Shown: piece after piece, positions 28,447-36,998 of the stretch
How the letters are laid out: each line of letters starts with the position of its first letter
Position numbering within the stretch: the stretch's first letter is position 1
NCBI GenBank assembly: GCA_963764165.1
Contig: CAVXRD010000001.1
Location: forward strand, 1,280,001 to 1,344,000
DNA from: an uncultured Verrucomicrobiae bacterium
GTDB taxonomy: Bacteria; Verrucomicrobiota; Verrucomicrobiia; Limisphaerales; Palsa-1400
Direction of reading: 5' to 3'
Length of the DNA: 64,000 nucleotides
The notes under the pieces: generated by a model
What the model saw: only the letters and a program-made list of their open reading frames with translations
Told to the model about the DNA's origin: nothing
The model's database searches: none
Position numbers and translations under genes: made by a program

Positions 28447-29238
28447 TTACTTCTTCTTGGGGGCGGCAGCAGCCGGAGCGGCGGCAGCACCCTTTGCAGG
28501 GGCAGCGGCGCCTTTGGCGGGAGCGGCAGCGCCCTTGGCAGCCGGCGCCGCCTTGTCGCCAGCCTTGGCCGGAGCGGCGCCTTCCGCGCCTTCTTCCTTC
28601 TTCTCCTTGGTCATCTCGACTTCGCCAGCAGGCGTGCCGGCCTTTTCCAAAGAGGCGGCTTCCGCAGCTTCGCTGACCGGCGCGGCGCAGGAAAGAACAG
28701 AAATATGCTTGTCGCCCATGATCTCAACTCCCGGAGGAGCCACCATGTCGCCAATGTGAATGGCCTGGCCGATTTCCAACTTCGTGACATCGGCATGCAA
28801 CACTTCCGGCAAATCCTTCGGCAACGCGCGCACTTTCAGCTTGAACAAAACGTGTTCCAGCGTGCCGCCCCCAGTCTTGACGCCTGCCGCCTCACCCACG
28901 GGTTCAACCGGGACGCTTACGGTGACTTTTTCGTCCTCGGCCACTTCATGCAAATCGATGTGCAGAAGTTTGCGGGACAAAACGTGGTGCTGGACTTCCT
29001 GCACCAGCGCGAGGCGTTTCGGCTTGGTGTCGCCCTCAACATTGAGGTCGAGCAGCACGATTTCCGACGCCGCGCCATGGATGACGTCTTTGATCGCCTT
29101 GAGGTCGATCTCCAAATTCTGGGGTTTGGTGTGCCGGCCGTAAATGACGGCTGGGACCCGGGCGGCGGCGCGCAATTTCTTTGCGCCACAGCGCCGATTC
29201 AATGTCCGCGGAAACGCGGTTAAAGCGACAGATTTCAT
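28447..29238 (-). CDS. rplY: 50S ribosomal protein L25 / general stress protein Ctc
   Basis: RVPAVIYG; VQHH...LHIDL; GVKTGG.L; Ala/Lys-rich tail. Confidence 0.95.
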   Translation of the reverse strand: MKSVALTAFPRTLNRRCGAKKLRAAARVPAVIYGRHTKPQNLEIDLKAIKDVIHGAASEIVLLDLNVEGDTKPKRLALVQEVQHHVLSRKLLHIDLHEVAEDEKVTVSVPVEPVGEAAGVKTGGGTLEHVLFKLKVRALPKDLPEVLHADVTKLEIGQAIHIGDMVAPPGVEIMGDKHISVLSCAAPVSEAAEAASLEKAGTPAGEVEMTKEKKEEGAEGAAPAKAGDKAAPAAKGAAAPAKGAAAPAKGAAAAPAAAAPKKK

Positions 29239-29297
29239 CTTTTATACCTTTTTACTTATGGCGTTATATGCCAAATCTCACCGAGACGCCAGCTTTA

Positions 29298-30242
29298 CTA
29301 ACTGGTGCGCCCGCCTTTGAACTCAAAGAGCGAGGTCACCGACGAATTGCAATTAATTCGCTTAATTGCCTCCCCCAACAACGGGGCCACCGACAATGTC
29401 GTGATTTTCACCCCTTCTATAAAGGGGCGTAGGACAGTATCAGTAGTTATAATTTCGTCAATATCTGATTTTCGCAGTCTCTGGATGCCAAGGTCGTTGA
29501 GCAAAGCATGGGAGACGACCGCAATGATTTTTTGGGCGCCTCTTTCCTTCAAAAGCGCGGCTGCATTGACCAACGTTCCGGCCGTCTCCGTCAGGTCATC
29601 GACCATCAAAACATTCTTGCCTTTGATCTCGCCGATGACCGCCATCGCTTCGGTCTCGGTGGCGCTCTTGCGGCGTTTGGCCACGATGGCCAATTCGGCC
29701 TCAAGCACCTGCGAATAGGCGTGCGCCATTTTCAATCCACCCACATCCGGGCTGACAACAGCCAGATCGCCCAGCTTCAATTTCTTGAGATATTCATACA
29801 TCACCGGCGCGGCGTATAAGTGATCGACGGGGATGTCAAAAAAGCCCTGGATTTGCTGGGCGTGCAAATCCATTGTCAAAATGCGATTCGCTCCCGCAGC
29901 CACGATGAGATTGGCCACCAGCTTAGCCGTAATTGGCACGCGCGGCTGGTCTTTTCGGTCCTGCCGGGCATAACCGTAAAATGGAAGCACCGCGGTAAGC
30001 CGCATCGCGCTGGCCCGCCGCACTGCATCCATCATGATGAACAGTTCCATCAGATTGTGATTGGTGGGCGGCGAGGTGGACTGAACTATATAGACGTCCT
30101 CCCCGCGAACGTTCTCCTCGATTTTGACAAACGTCTCGCCGTCGGGAAAGGACGAGACCGTGCATTTGCCAAGTTCCATGCCGATGGACTCGGCGATGCT
30201 CTTGGCCAGCGCGGGATTGGAAGTGCCGGAAAAAATCTTCAC
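29298..30242 (-). CDS. prs: Ribose-phosphate pyrophosphokinase
   Basis: FPDGE; PFYGYARQDRK; MDLHAQQIQGFF; VSPDVGG; VDDLTETAGT. Confidence 0.98.
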   Translation of the reverse strand: MKIFSGTSNPALAKSIAESIGMELGKCTVSSFPDGETFVKIEENVRGEDVYIVQSTSPPTNHNLMELFIMMDAVRRASAMRLTAVLPFYGYARQDRKDQPRVPITAKLVANLIVAAGANRILTMDLHAQQIQGFFDIPVDHLYAAPVMYEYLKKLKLGDLAVVSPDVGGLKMAHAYSQVLEAELAIVAKRRKSATETEAMAVIGEIKGKNVLMVDDLTETAGTLVNAAALLKERGAQKIIAVVSHALLNDLGIQRLRKSDIDEIITTDTVLRPFIEGVKITTLSVAPLLGEAIKRINCNSSVTSLFEFKGGRTS

Positions 30243-30263
30243 AAAATGTCAATCAATGAGACG

Positions 30264-30286
30264 AAAAAGCCACCCGAAGGCGGCTC
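30264..30286 (-). terminator. Terminator-like hairpin in the prs 5' leader
   Basis: Minus strand GAGCCGCC-TTCG-GGTGGCTTTTT, about 20 nt before the prs GTG. Confidence 0.6.
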
Positions 30287-30299
30287 TGCGTGTGGCAGA

Positions 30300-30327
30300 A
30301 CTGTAACAACGGCGCGTCGGGGCGCAA
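30300..30327 (-). promoter_or_regulatory. Putative sigma70 promoter of the prs operon
   Basis: Minus strand TTGCGC-16 nt-TACAGT with an extended -10 TG. Confidence 0.45.
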
Positions 30328-30428
30328 GAACTATTAAATAGCAAGTTTCGCCAGCCATATAACAAAAAACGCCCGAAAGCACAAAGTGCTTTCATTGCGG
30401 CTCACGCTCTGATACTGGATTGGCAAAG

Positions 30429-31385
30429 ATGCGTAGATTCATCCTTTCGTTCATTTGCGGCTTCGTCGTGGCCACATCGGCTGCGATGGCGGGAACCTTT
30501 CCATTGACAGACGGCTCCAAGATCAGCGGCAGCCCCGATTCGATCCAGGATAAAGGCGTTGTGTTCCAACTGGACGGCGGCGATCTCTCCCCCCGGATAA
30601 GCTGGGATCGTTTCACCGGCGATGCATTGAAGGAACTAATGGCCGAGGCCAAAACCGAAGCGCAACGCGAAATGCTCCGCCCCATGATCGAAAGCCTGCC
30701 GGAGGAAGTTGCCAAGCGCAAAGAAATCTCCGTCAAACCCGTCGAGACGCCGCCCCGCCCGAAACAAGCCACCGGCATCTTTGGGCTGTTCGGAAGCCCG
30801 GTCGGGTGGTTTATAATGATCGTTCTTTACGGGGCGAATTTGTTCGCCGCCTACGAAGTTTGCATTTATCGCCGCCAGCCCCTTGGGTTGGTCATGGGAC
30901 TCGCCGCCATTCCGTTTCTTGGCGTGGTCAGCCCCATTGTTTTCGGTGCGATGAAGACGCAGCGTCCTCCTCCCGAGCCGGTGGTGGTGGCTCCCACGGC
31001 GGAGGAAGCCGCCGCCCAGGCTGAGGCGCAGGCCGCCGCCATCGAGGAAGCCAAAGTGGCCGAAGCCGCCGCGCAAGCTGCCGCCGCGCCCAGCAAACCC
31101 GTCCTGCCGGAGCCCATTGTTTACAAGCGCGGCGAAACTTCCTTCAATCGCCGTTTCTTCGAGGGGAAGTTCGCGGGTTTCTTCCGCGTCGTGCCAAGCG
31201 AGTCGGAAAAAGATTTAGTGCTGGCGATTGCCACGGCACGTGGTAATTTCGTCGGACGCCGAATTTCAAAGATCACGCAAACCGAGCTTTATTTGCAGGT
31301 CACTGTCAACAATGCGAGCTCGGAGGAAATGATTCCGTTTACGGAAATTTCCGAGGTCCAGGTTCGGCACAAAGACCTTAAGTAA
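30429..31385 (+). CDS. Hypothetical membrane protein
   Basis: Signal-like N-terminus, two central hydrophobic helices, Ala/Glu linker, soluble C-terminal domain. Confidence 0.8.
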   Translation: MRRFILSFICGFVVATSAAMAGTFPLTDGSKISGSPDSIQDKGVVFQLDGGDLSPRISWDRFTGDALKELMAEAKTEAQREMLRPMIESLPEEVAKRKEISVKPVETPPRPKQATGIFGLFGSPVGWFIMIVLYGANLFAAYEVCIYRRQPLGLVMGLAAIPFLGVVSPIVFGAMKTQRPPPEPVVVAPTAEEAAAQAEAQAAAIEEAKVAEAAAQAAAAPSKPVLPEPIVYKRGETSFNRRFFEGKFAGFFRVVPSESEKDLVLAIATARGNFVGRRISKITQTELYLQVTVNNASSEEMIPFTEISEVQVRHKDLK

Positions 31386-31479
31386 ACATCGTGATGTCCA
31401 GGCTTAAACAGGAGTCCATCCTGTGCGCCATCGCCGCCTGCCGGCGTTGCGCGCGCGTTGTCTCCACCACCGGTAACCA

Positions 31480-32058
31480 ATGAAAATTCGCACTGTCCTT
31501 TTATTCGGCGCACCTGGTTCCGGCAAGGGAACGCAGGGCAAAATCCTTGGCAGCATTCCAAACTTTTACCACTTTTCGTGCGGGGAAGTTTTCCGCAACC
31601 TGACGCCGGATTCGGCGCTGGGCCGGATTTTTATCGATTACTCCAGCCGCGGCCAATTGGTCCCGGCCGAGCCTACCGTCCGGCTCTGGCACAACAATAT
31701 TGAATCCGCAGAGCAAGCCGGGCGCTTCAATCGCAAGACCGACACGCTCGTGCTGGATGGGATTCCGCGCAACATCGAGCAGGCGAAAATGCTGCACAGC
31801 CTCGTGAATGTGCATCACATTTTCTACCTGCGCTGCATGGACATGAAAAAGCTGGTGGCCCGCCTGCAGCGGCGCGCCTTGCGCGAAAATCGTCTTGACG
31901 ACGCCAACATCCAGGTGATCCGCGAGCGGCTCGAGACTTACGAGCGCGAAACGCATCCGGTGCTGGAGTATTACGGGCCGAAATTGGTGCGCACGATCGA
32001 TTCAACCCAGAAGCCCGTCGCTGTCCTGCGGGAAATCCTGGCCCTGATTGCGAAGTAG
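31480..32058 (+). CDS. adk: Adenylate kinase-family nucleoside monophosphate kinase (short, LID-less)
   Basis: GAPGSGKGTQG; LDGIPRN; ENRLDDA. Confidence 0.85.
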   Translation: MKIRTVLLFGAPGSGKGTQGKILGSIPNFYHFSCGEVFRNLTPDSALGRIFIDYSSRGQLVPAEPTVRLWHNNIESAEQAGRFNRKTDTLVLDGIPRNIEQAKMLHSLVNVHHIFYLRCMDMKKLVARLQRRALRENRLDDANIQVIRERLETYERETHPVLEYYGPKLVRTIDSTQKPVAVLREILALIAK

Positions 32059-32305
32059 CGGAGCGTTTCGCGCAGCGGAAAAAAGAGTGTTCCTCGATGA
32101 TTTCGGTGGAATAGCGGCGGCAAATTTGATTCATTTCGGCGAGGAAACTCTGCGCTCTCCGCGCCTCTGCGTTTAATGCACTTTTGTTTTTGGCCAGGAG
32201 CAGATCAAGCGCGAGGATTACACACGTCGTCATGGGCTGCCAGAGGGAAAAGAATTCTCGCGCAGAGAAGAGGAGTGCGCGAACTGCCAAAAGAGGCCAC
32301 TAATC

Positions 32306-33250
32306 ATGCCGTTGCGAATCGTTTTCATGGGAACCGCCGAGCTGGCTTGCGCCAGCCTTCGCGCGTTGCTGCGTTCTGAAGCTTTTCAGATGATCGCCGT
32401 CGTCACGCAGCCCGACCGCCCAAGAGGCCGGCACAACCAAGCGATGAAATCCGCAGTGAAACTCGCGGCCGAGGAAGCCTCCCTGCCCGTCCTGCAGCCG
32501 GAACGCGCCCGCGACCCGGCCTTTGTAACTGAACTGGCTGGGCTGAAGCCGGATGTCATCGTGGTTGCCGCTTACGGGCAGATTCTTCCGCAATCCATTT
32601 TGGATTTGCCGCGGTTCGGATGCGTCAATGTCCATGCCTCCATCCTGCCGAAATATCGCGGCGCGGCTCCCATTCAATGGGCCATCCTCAACAACGAGAC
32701 CGTCACCGGAATTTCCATCATGAAAATGGCCGCCGGTCTCGACACAGGCGATGTGCTGAGCATCCGCGAAACGCCAATTGGAGACAACGACACGTCAGCC
32801 ACATTGCACGACCGCCTCGCGCTGATGGGAGGAGAATTGTTGACAGAAACTCTGCCAAAATTCGTGGCCGGGGAAATCACGCCGCAGCCGCAGGATCACG
32901 CCGCCTCGACCTACGCGCGGAAAATCGTCAAAGCCGACGGCAAAATCGATTGGACGCTGCCCGCAAGGGAAATTCGCACGCGCATTCGGGCGTTCACGCC
33001 GTGGCCGGGAGCTTTCGTGGAATGGAATCTCAAAGGCAAGCCGCGCCTCGTCAAAATCTGGCAGACGCAAGTCGTGGATGGCCGCGGAAATCCTGGAGAA
33101 ATCCTGGAAGCCGAGCGCGCCAGTCTCGTTGTAGCCTGCGGTCAACAGGCGTTGAAAATCGAACAGTTGCAAGTCGAAGGCAGCCGCAAAATGTCCGCCG
33201 CTGAATTTCTGCCCGGGTACGGCAAACCTGAGCGAGAGACGTCGCGGTAA
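32306..33250 (+). CDS. fmt: Methionyl-tRNA formyltransferase
   Basis: RIVFMGT; VVTQPDRP; NVHASILPKYRGAAPIQW; LDTGD; RAFTPWPG. Confidence 0.97.
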   Translation: MPLRIVFMGTAELACASLRALLRSEAFQMIAVVTQPDRPRGRHNQAMKSAVKLAAEEASLPVLQPERARDPAFVTELAGLKPDVIVVAAYGQILPQSILDLPRFGCVNVHASILPKYRGAAPIQWAILNNETVTGISIMKMAAGLDTGDVLSIRETPIGDNDTSATLHDRLALMGGELLTETLPKFVAGEITPQPQDHAASTYARKIVKADGKIDWTLPAREIRTRIRAFTPWPGAFVEWNLKGKPRLVKIWQTQVVDGRGNPGEILEAERASLVVACGQQALKIEQLQVEGSRKMSAAEFLPGYGKPERETSR

Positions 33251-33298
33251 GAATGGCGGCATCGTCCCAGATCGGAACCGAAATGCCCCAAAAGCCTC

Positions 33299-34441
33299 TC
33301 AGCCCGACGAGGCCATCGCCAGGCGCAATTCTCCGGGAGAGACGAACGAGATTTTCAGACCGTCCTGAACCCGCTCATAAAGAGGGCTTGTCAGCGGACT
33401 AACGACAAAGTTCTTTCCTTTGGGATATTGTTCGCGAAACGCCGCCAGCCCACGACTTTCAAATGCCTGTGGATTCCATTTGCATTCAATGGCGTCTACC
33501 GTGTCGCGCTCGCGCGGCAGAACAAAGTCCACCTCACGCTGCTGTTTGTCGCGCCAAAAATGAATCTTTGGCAACCCGGCGGCAATCAGGGTGTCGAGCA
33601 CGAGGTGCTCCCATAATAGGCCGCAATCCTCCGCGCGCAACTGATCCCAACCGCGGGAATAACAGACCATTCCGGTATCGAACCCAAACACCTTCGGCTG
33701 CGCCACAATCTCACGTCGACCCCCTGCGGAATACGGGCGCACTAGATGCGCCACGTGGGTGATTTGAAAAACATCCAACCAGTTAGTAACAGTGGGCCGG
33801 CTAATCTGGCTTTCGCCAGCCAGCTTGGAAACGTCGAGCATCCCGCCGCTTTGCCGCATCAGCAATTCCAGCACCCGCAGAAATCCGGCGCGTTTTTCCA
33901 ACCGGAACAGCTCCTGCACGTCGCGGGCAAAGTAGGAATCCTGCCACTCGGCGTAAAATTCAGGATTGTGCTTTTCAGCGAGCAACGCGGGCGGCAATCC
34001 CCCGCGCAACAAGCGCAGCCGCAAATCAGTCACACCAAAGGCCGTAAGTTCCTCATGCAACACGGGCGCCAGTTCAACAACGCGCTTGCGCCCCGTCAGG
34101 CTGTCGCGGAATTTTTGCGTGGCCGCGAGCGTGGAGGAACCCGTCGCCAGTATTCTCAATCGGGAAAACCCATCCGCTCCAATCTTTAACAGCCTGCTCG
34201 GATCGGGAAGCTGATGCACTTCGTCGAACACCACCCACCTTCGCTTCAGCGATCGGTAAAAGCTTTCTGGATCACGCAATCGCTCCGCCACACTGGGCAG
34301 ATCACAGTTCAGAAACTCAGCGTCCGGCAGGCCCTGCGCCAGCACCGTTTTGCCCGCGCGCCTCGGCCCCGTCAGCCAGACAATGGGCGCCTGCTTCCAC
34401 GCGGCCACCAGACGCTGGGTCCAAAAAGGTCTGTCGATCAT
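33299..34441 (-). CDS. AAA+ ATPase (AAA_14 + DUF4143) with C-terminal PD-(D/E)xK-like motif
   Basis: GPRRAGKT; FDEVH; ATGSS; RGGLP; PKVFGFDTG; EVDFV...AIECK. Confidence 0.9.
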   Translation of the reverse strand: MIDRPFWTQRLVAAWKQAPIVWLTGPRRAGKTVLAQGLPDAEFLNCDLPSVAERLRDPESFYRSLKRRWVVFDEVHQLPDPSRLLKIGADGFSRLRILATGSSTLAATQKFRDSLTGRKRVVELAPVLHEELTAFGVTDLRLRLLRGGLPPALLAEKHNPEFYAEWQDSYFARDVQELFRLEKRAGFLRVLELLMRQSGGMLDVSKLAGESQISRPTVTNWLDVFQITHVAHLVRPYSAGGRREIVAQPKVFGFDTGMVCYSRGWDQLRAEDCGLLWEHLVLDTLIAAGLPKIHFWRDKQQREVDFVLPRERDTVDAIECKWNPQAFESRGLAAFREQYPKGKNFVVSPLTSPLYERVQDGLKISFVSPGELRLAMASSG

Positions 34442-34452
34442 TGCAACCCAAT

Positions 34453-34478
34453 TTTACATATAGACGTCTAAATGTAAA
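34453..34478. promoter_or_regulatory. 26-bp near-perfect palindrome (operator-like) upstream of the AAA ATPase
   Basis: TTTACATATAGACGTCTAAATGTAAA, one mismatched pair, 12 bp from the ATG. Confidence 0.55.
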
Positions 34479-34604
34479 GTGTAGTTTCTGACGAATTTAT
34501 TGAGGCAAATCGTCTCAGCAGCTTTGAGGCAATTTCGGCGAGGCGCCACCTTGGGGAGGACCCGCGCCCTCGCGCGTCGCGCCTCACTCACTTGAGGACC
34601 CGCC

Positions 34605-35111
34605 CTACTTGACACGAAGTTCGTAATAGATCAACGGAGTGTTGCGATACGTCACGCGCCCAACCTCGGTGTATCCACAGCGCGCGTAAAAGGGGCCGGC
34701 TCCCGCTTTGGCGTCATAGGCGTCAAGTCGAATGGCGTCGGCGGGCCACTCTTTTGCGATCCGCACGACTTCTTGCAAGCAGCCGCGGCCAATCCCTCGG
34801 CGTTGCCATGCAGGAGCAACGGCCATGGAGACAAGATAAAGGGGCTTCTGGCAGGGCACGAAGTAACTTGTATCGATCGCCCACGGTTTCTTTTTGCCGA
34901 GGTGAAGCGTGGCTACGATATCCTTGCCGTGCCGCGCCACGAAAACAACCGAATTGCGCATCCGCATTGCGAACAGAACTCCCTTCTCGGAAGACTTGGT
35001 TGTCCAAGGTCCGGATCCGTGGAGGGCAGTCAGGTGTCCGGCGACGGCGTTATGCAACGCCGCGAGCGCGGACGCATCAGAAGTCTCTCCAGGAAGAAGT
35101 TCAATGTCCAT
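34605..35111 (-). CDS. GNAT-family N-acetyltransferase
   Basis: MAVAPAWQRRGIG (acetyl-CoA motif A); FYARCGY. Confidence 0.9.
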   Translation of the reverse strand: MDIELLPGETSDASALAALHNAVAGHLTALHGSGPWTTKSSEKGVLFAMRMRNSVVFVARHGKDIVATLHLGKKKPWAIDTSYFVPCQKPLYLVSMAVAPAWQRRGIGRGCLQEVVRIAKEWPADAIRLDAYDAKAGAGPFYARCGYTEVGRVTYRNTPLIYYELRVK

Positions 35112-35155
35112 GCAAGGCGATAGATGTTGAATCCACTATGGCAAGCCTTCATCAA

Positions 35156-35208
35156 GGTAGACGCCTCGCCGAGGCGTCCGGGGCGCGAACGAAGCTGTCG
35201 TCCCTACC
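35156..35208. repeat. GTAG-type REP-like palindromic element
   Basis: GGTAGACGCCTCGCCGAGGCGTCC...CCCTACC; the same GACGCCTCGGCGAGGCGTC core occurs at 46671-46770. Confidence 0.6.
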
Positions 35209-35228
35209 CTGAATACCCGCGTTGAGAG

Positions 35229-36221
35229 TTACTTGATGAGGCCCAATTCCGCGGCCATTGTCTTTTCACCCTTCAATTCGTTGACAGACGCGTCGATCTT
35301 GGTGCGCGCGTAATCTGTCACTTGAATTCCCTGCACGATTTGCAATTTCTGCCCGACGTTGCGCACCGGGAACGAGCAAACCAATCCCGCTTCGATGCCG
35401 TAGCTGCCATCGGAAACGACGCACACGCTGTGGAAATCGCCCGCCGGTGTGGGCTGGACAATGGAATGCACGCTGTCGATGGCGGCATTGGCGGCGCTGG
35501 CCGCGCTGCCGGCTTTGCGGGCGTTTAGAACAGACGTGCCGCGCTGGGCCACGGTCGTGACGAATTCGGTCTTGAGCCAGTTTTCGTCCTTGATGACATC
35601 CGTTGCCGGCTGCCCGTTGATTTTCGCGTGATAGAAATCGGGAAACATCGTCGGGCTGTGATTGCCCCAAACGCCGAGGTTTGAAACCGCCGAAACCGGG
35701 ACGCCAGCCTTCCTGGCCAATTGCGCCTTGCCGCGATTTTCATCCAAACGCGTCATGGCAAACCAGCGATCAGCCGGGATGTCCTGGGCGTTGCTGCGGG
35801 CAATGAGGCAATTCGTGTTGCACGGATTTCCGACGACCAAAATGCGGATGTCGGAGGCCGCGTTCTTCTGCAAAGCCTGGGCTTGGCCGATAAAAATCTT
35901 GCCGTTAATTGCGAGAAGGTCTTTGCGTTCCATGCCCGGTTTGCGCGAAACGCTGCCGATGAGCAGCGCCCAATTGATCCCGCGAAAACCTTCATTCAAG
36001 TCCGCCGTGGCGGTGAGCTTGTGCAAGGCCGGGGATGCGCAATCCTCCAATTCCATGACGACGCCCTGAAGTATGGGCAGGGCGTCGGGAATATCGACCA
36101 GCGTGAGGTTGACGGGCTGTTCCGGCCCGAACAATTCGCCGGAAGCAATGCGAAAGAGGATGGAATAACCAATGGCGCCAGCGGCACCCGTGACTGCGAC
36201 TGAAATGGGAGTCTTATTCAT
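35229..36221 (-). CDS. mdh: Malate dehydrogenase (type 2)
   Basis: VAVTGAAGAIGYS; MELEDCA; VVGNPCNTN; MTRLDENR; WGNHSPT. Confidence 0.96.
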   Translation of the reverse strand: MNKTPISVAVTGAAGAIGYSILFRIASGELFGPEQPVNLTLVDIPDALPILQGVVMELEDCASPALHKLTATADLNEGFRGINWALLIGSVSRKPGMERKDLLAINGKIFIGQAQALQKNAASDIRILVVGNPCNTNCLIARSNAQDIPADRWFAMTRLDENRGKAQLARKAGVPVSAVSNLGVWGNHSPTMFPDFYHAKINGQPATDVIKDENWLKTEFVTTVAQRGTSVLNARKAGSAASAANAAIDSVHSIVQPTPAGDFHSVCVVSDGSYGIEAGLVCSFPVRNVGQKLQIVQGIQVTDYARTKIDASVNELKGEKTMAAELGLIK

Positions 36222-36286
36222 ATGTCAGGAGGTAAATGATGCTCCCCTCGCGAAAAGAAACAAGTGGAAATCGGAATGGCGGGATT

Positions 36287-36526
36287 TGAAATTGAACAGG
36301 AGGAAGGCCGAGGGCGCGTGTTGGAAAGATTTCCACATCTCGCCAGTCGCAGTTCCCAAGTTTTGATATGTTCTTCGAAGTTGGCCACAACACGATTCGT
36401 TTTCGGTTGTTTGAGGGTTGCTGCGGCTGGTCTTCGACACAGCCGCGCCTGTCGGACTGCGTCCACCACCCACTTTCCACCACACCTTTTTCTCTGTTCT
36501 CTCGGTTTTCCTCCTGTTTAATTTCA
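36287..36526. repeat. Intergenic imperfect inverted-repeat element
   Basis: TGAAATTGAACAGGAGGAAGGCCGAG (36287) pairs with CTCGGTTTTCCTCCTGTTTAATTTCA (ends 36526). Confidence 0.5.
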
Positions 36527-36584
36527 GGTTCCCGCCAAAACTTCTTGCCAATCCCCCATTCGCGTCGTAAACGTTATTTGCTCT

Positions 36585-36760
36585 TTGAAAACGGCGGACG
36601 ATTTTGTTCGCCTTGAAAATGCAGTCGAATGTCAGGGAACCCGGTGTGAATCCGGGGCGGTTGCGCCACTGTAACGGCTACTAACTCCCAATGCCACTGT
36701 TCGCAAGAACGGGAAGGCGGGAGTGAGGTTTGAGGCCGAAGCCAGGATACCGGTTTGATT
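36585..36760 (+). ncRNA. Cobalamin (B12) riboswitch
   Basis: Conserved elements in the correct order: AGGGAAcccGGTGtgAAtCC, gCGCcACTGTAA, GCCACTG...GGGAAGGC, and the B12 box AAGCCAGGAtACC. Boundaries approximate. Confidence 0.93.
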
Positions 36761-36858
36761 GTGCTCGTCGCGGCTGGAGATTTCTCCAGCCAGCTTCTCC
36801 GCAAAGAGAAGGATGAGGCCAGTCCGCCCGAACTGTCTTTGGGCGGCTCGTCGAATTT

Positions 36859-36894
36859 CCTCCATTCCTCGTTTGCGAAGTCTGGAGGTTTTTT
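36859..36894 (+). terminator. Putative riboswitch expression-platform terminator
   Basis: CCTCCA...TCG-TTTG-CGA...TGGAGG followed by TTTTTT, between the aptamer and the ATG at 36999. Confidence 0.6.
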
Positions 36895-36998
36895 ATTTTG
36901 TCCTCAAAAACTTCCCCGGCTTCGCGCTGGTCTCTCAACACTAAAACTGTTCCGCGAAATTCTATTGAATTCGCGGGACAAATTGAAAGATCAGCAGC

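Noticed and set aside
28455..28600. AKGAAAP tandem repeats in the L25 tail
   Set aside because: Low-complexity Ala/Lys tails are common in Ctc-type L25 proteins.
30243..30428. tRNA upstream of prs, where tRNA-Gln often lies
   Set aside because: No cloverleaf, T-loop GTTCRA or CCA end found; only a terminator-like hairpin.
32100..32290. CTCTGCG-rich short repeats between adk and fmt
   Set aside because: Probably a degenerate intergenic repeat, but there is no second clear copy or boundary in the window.
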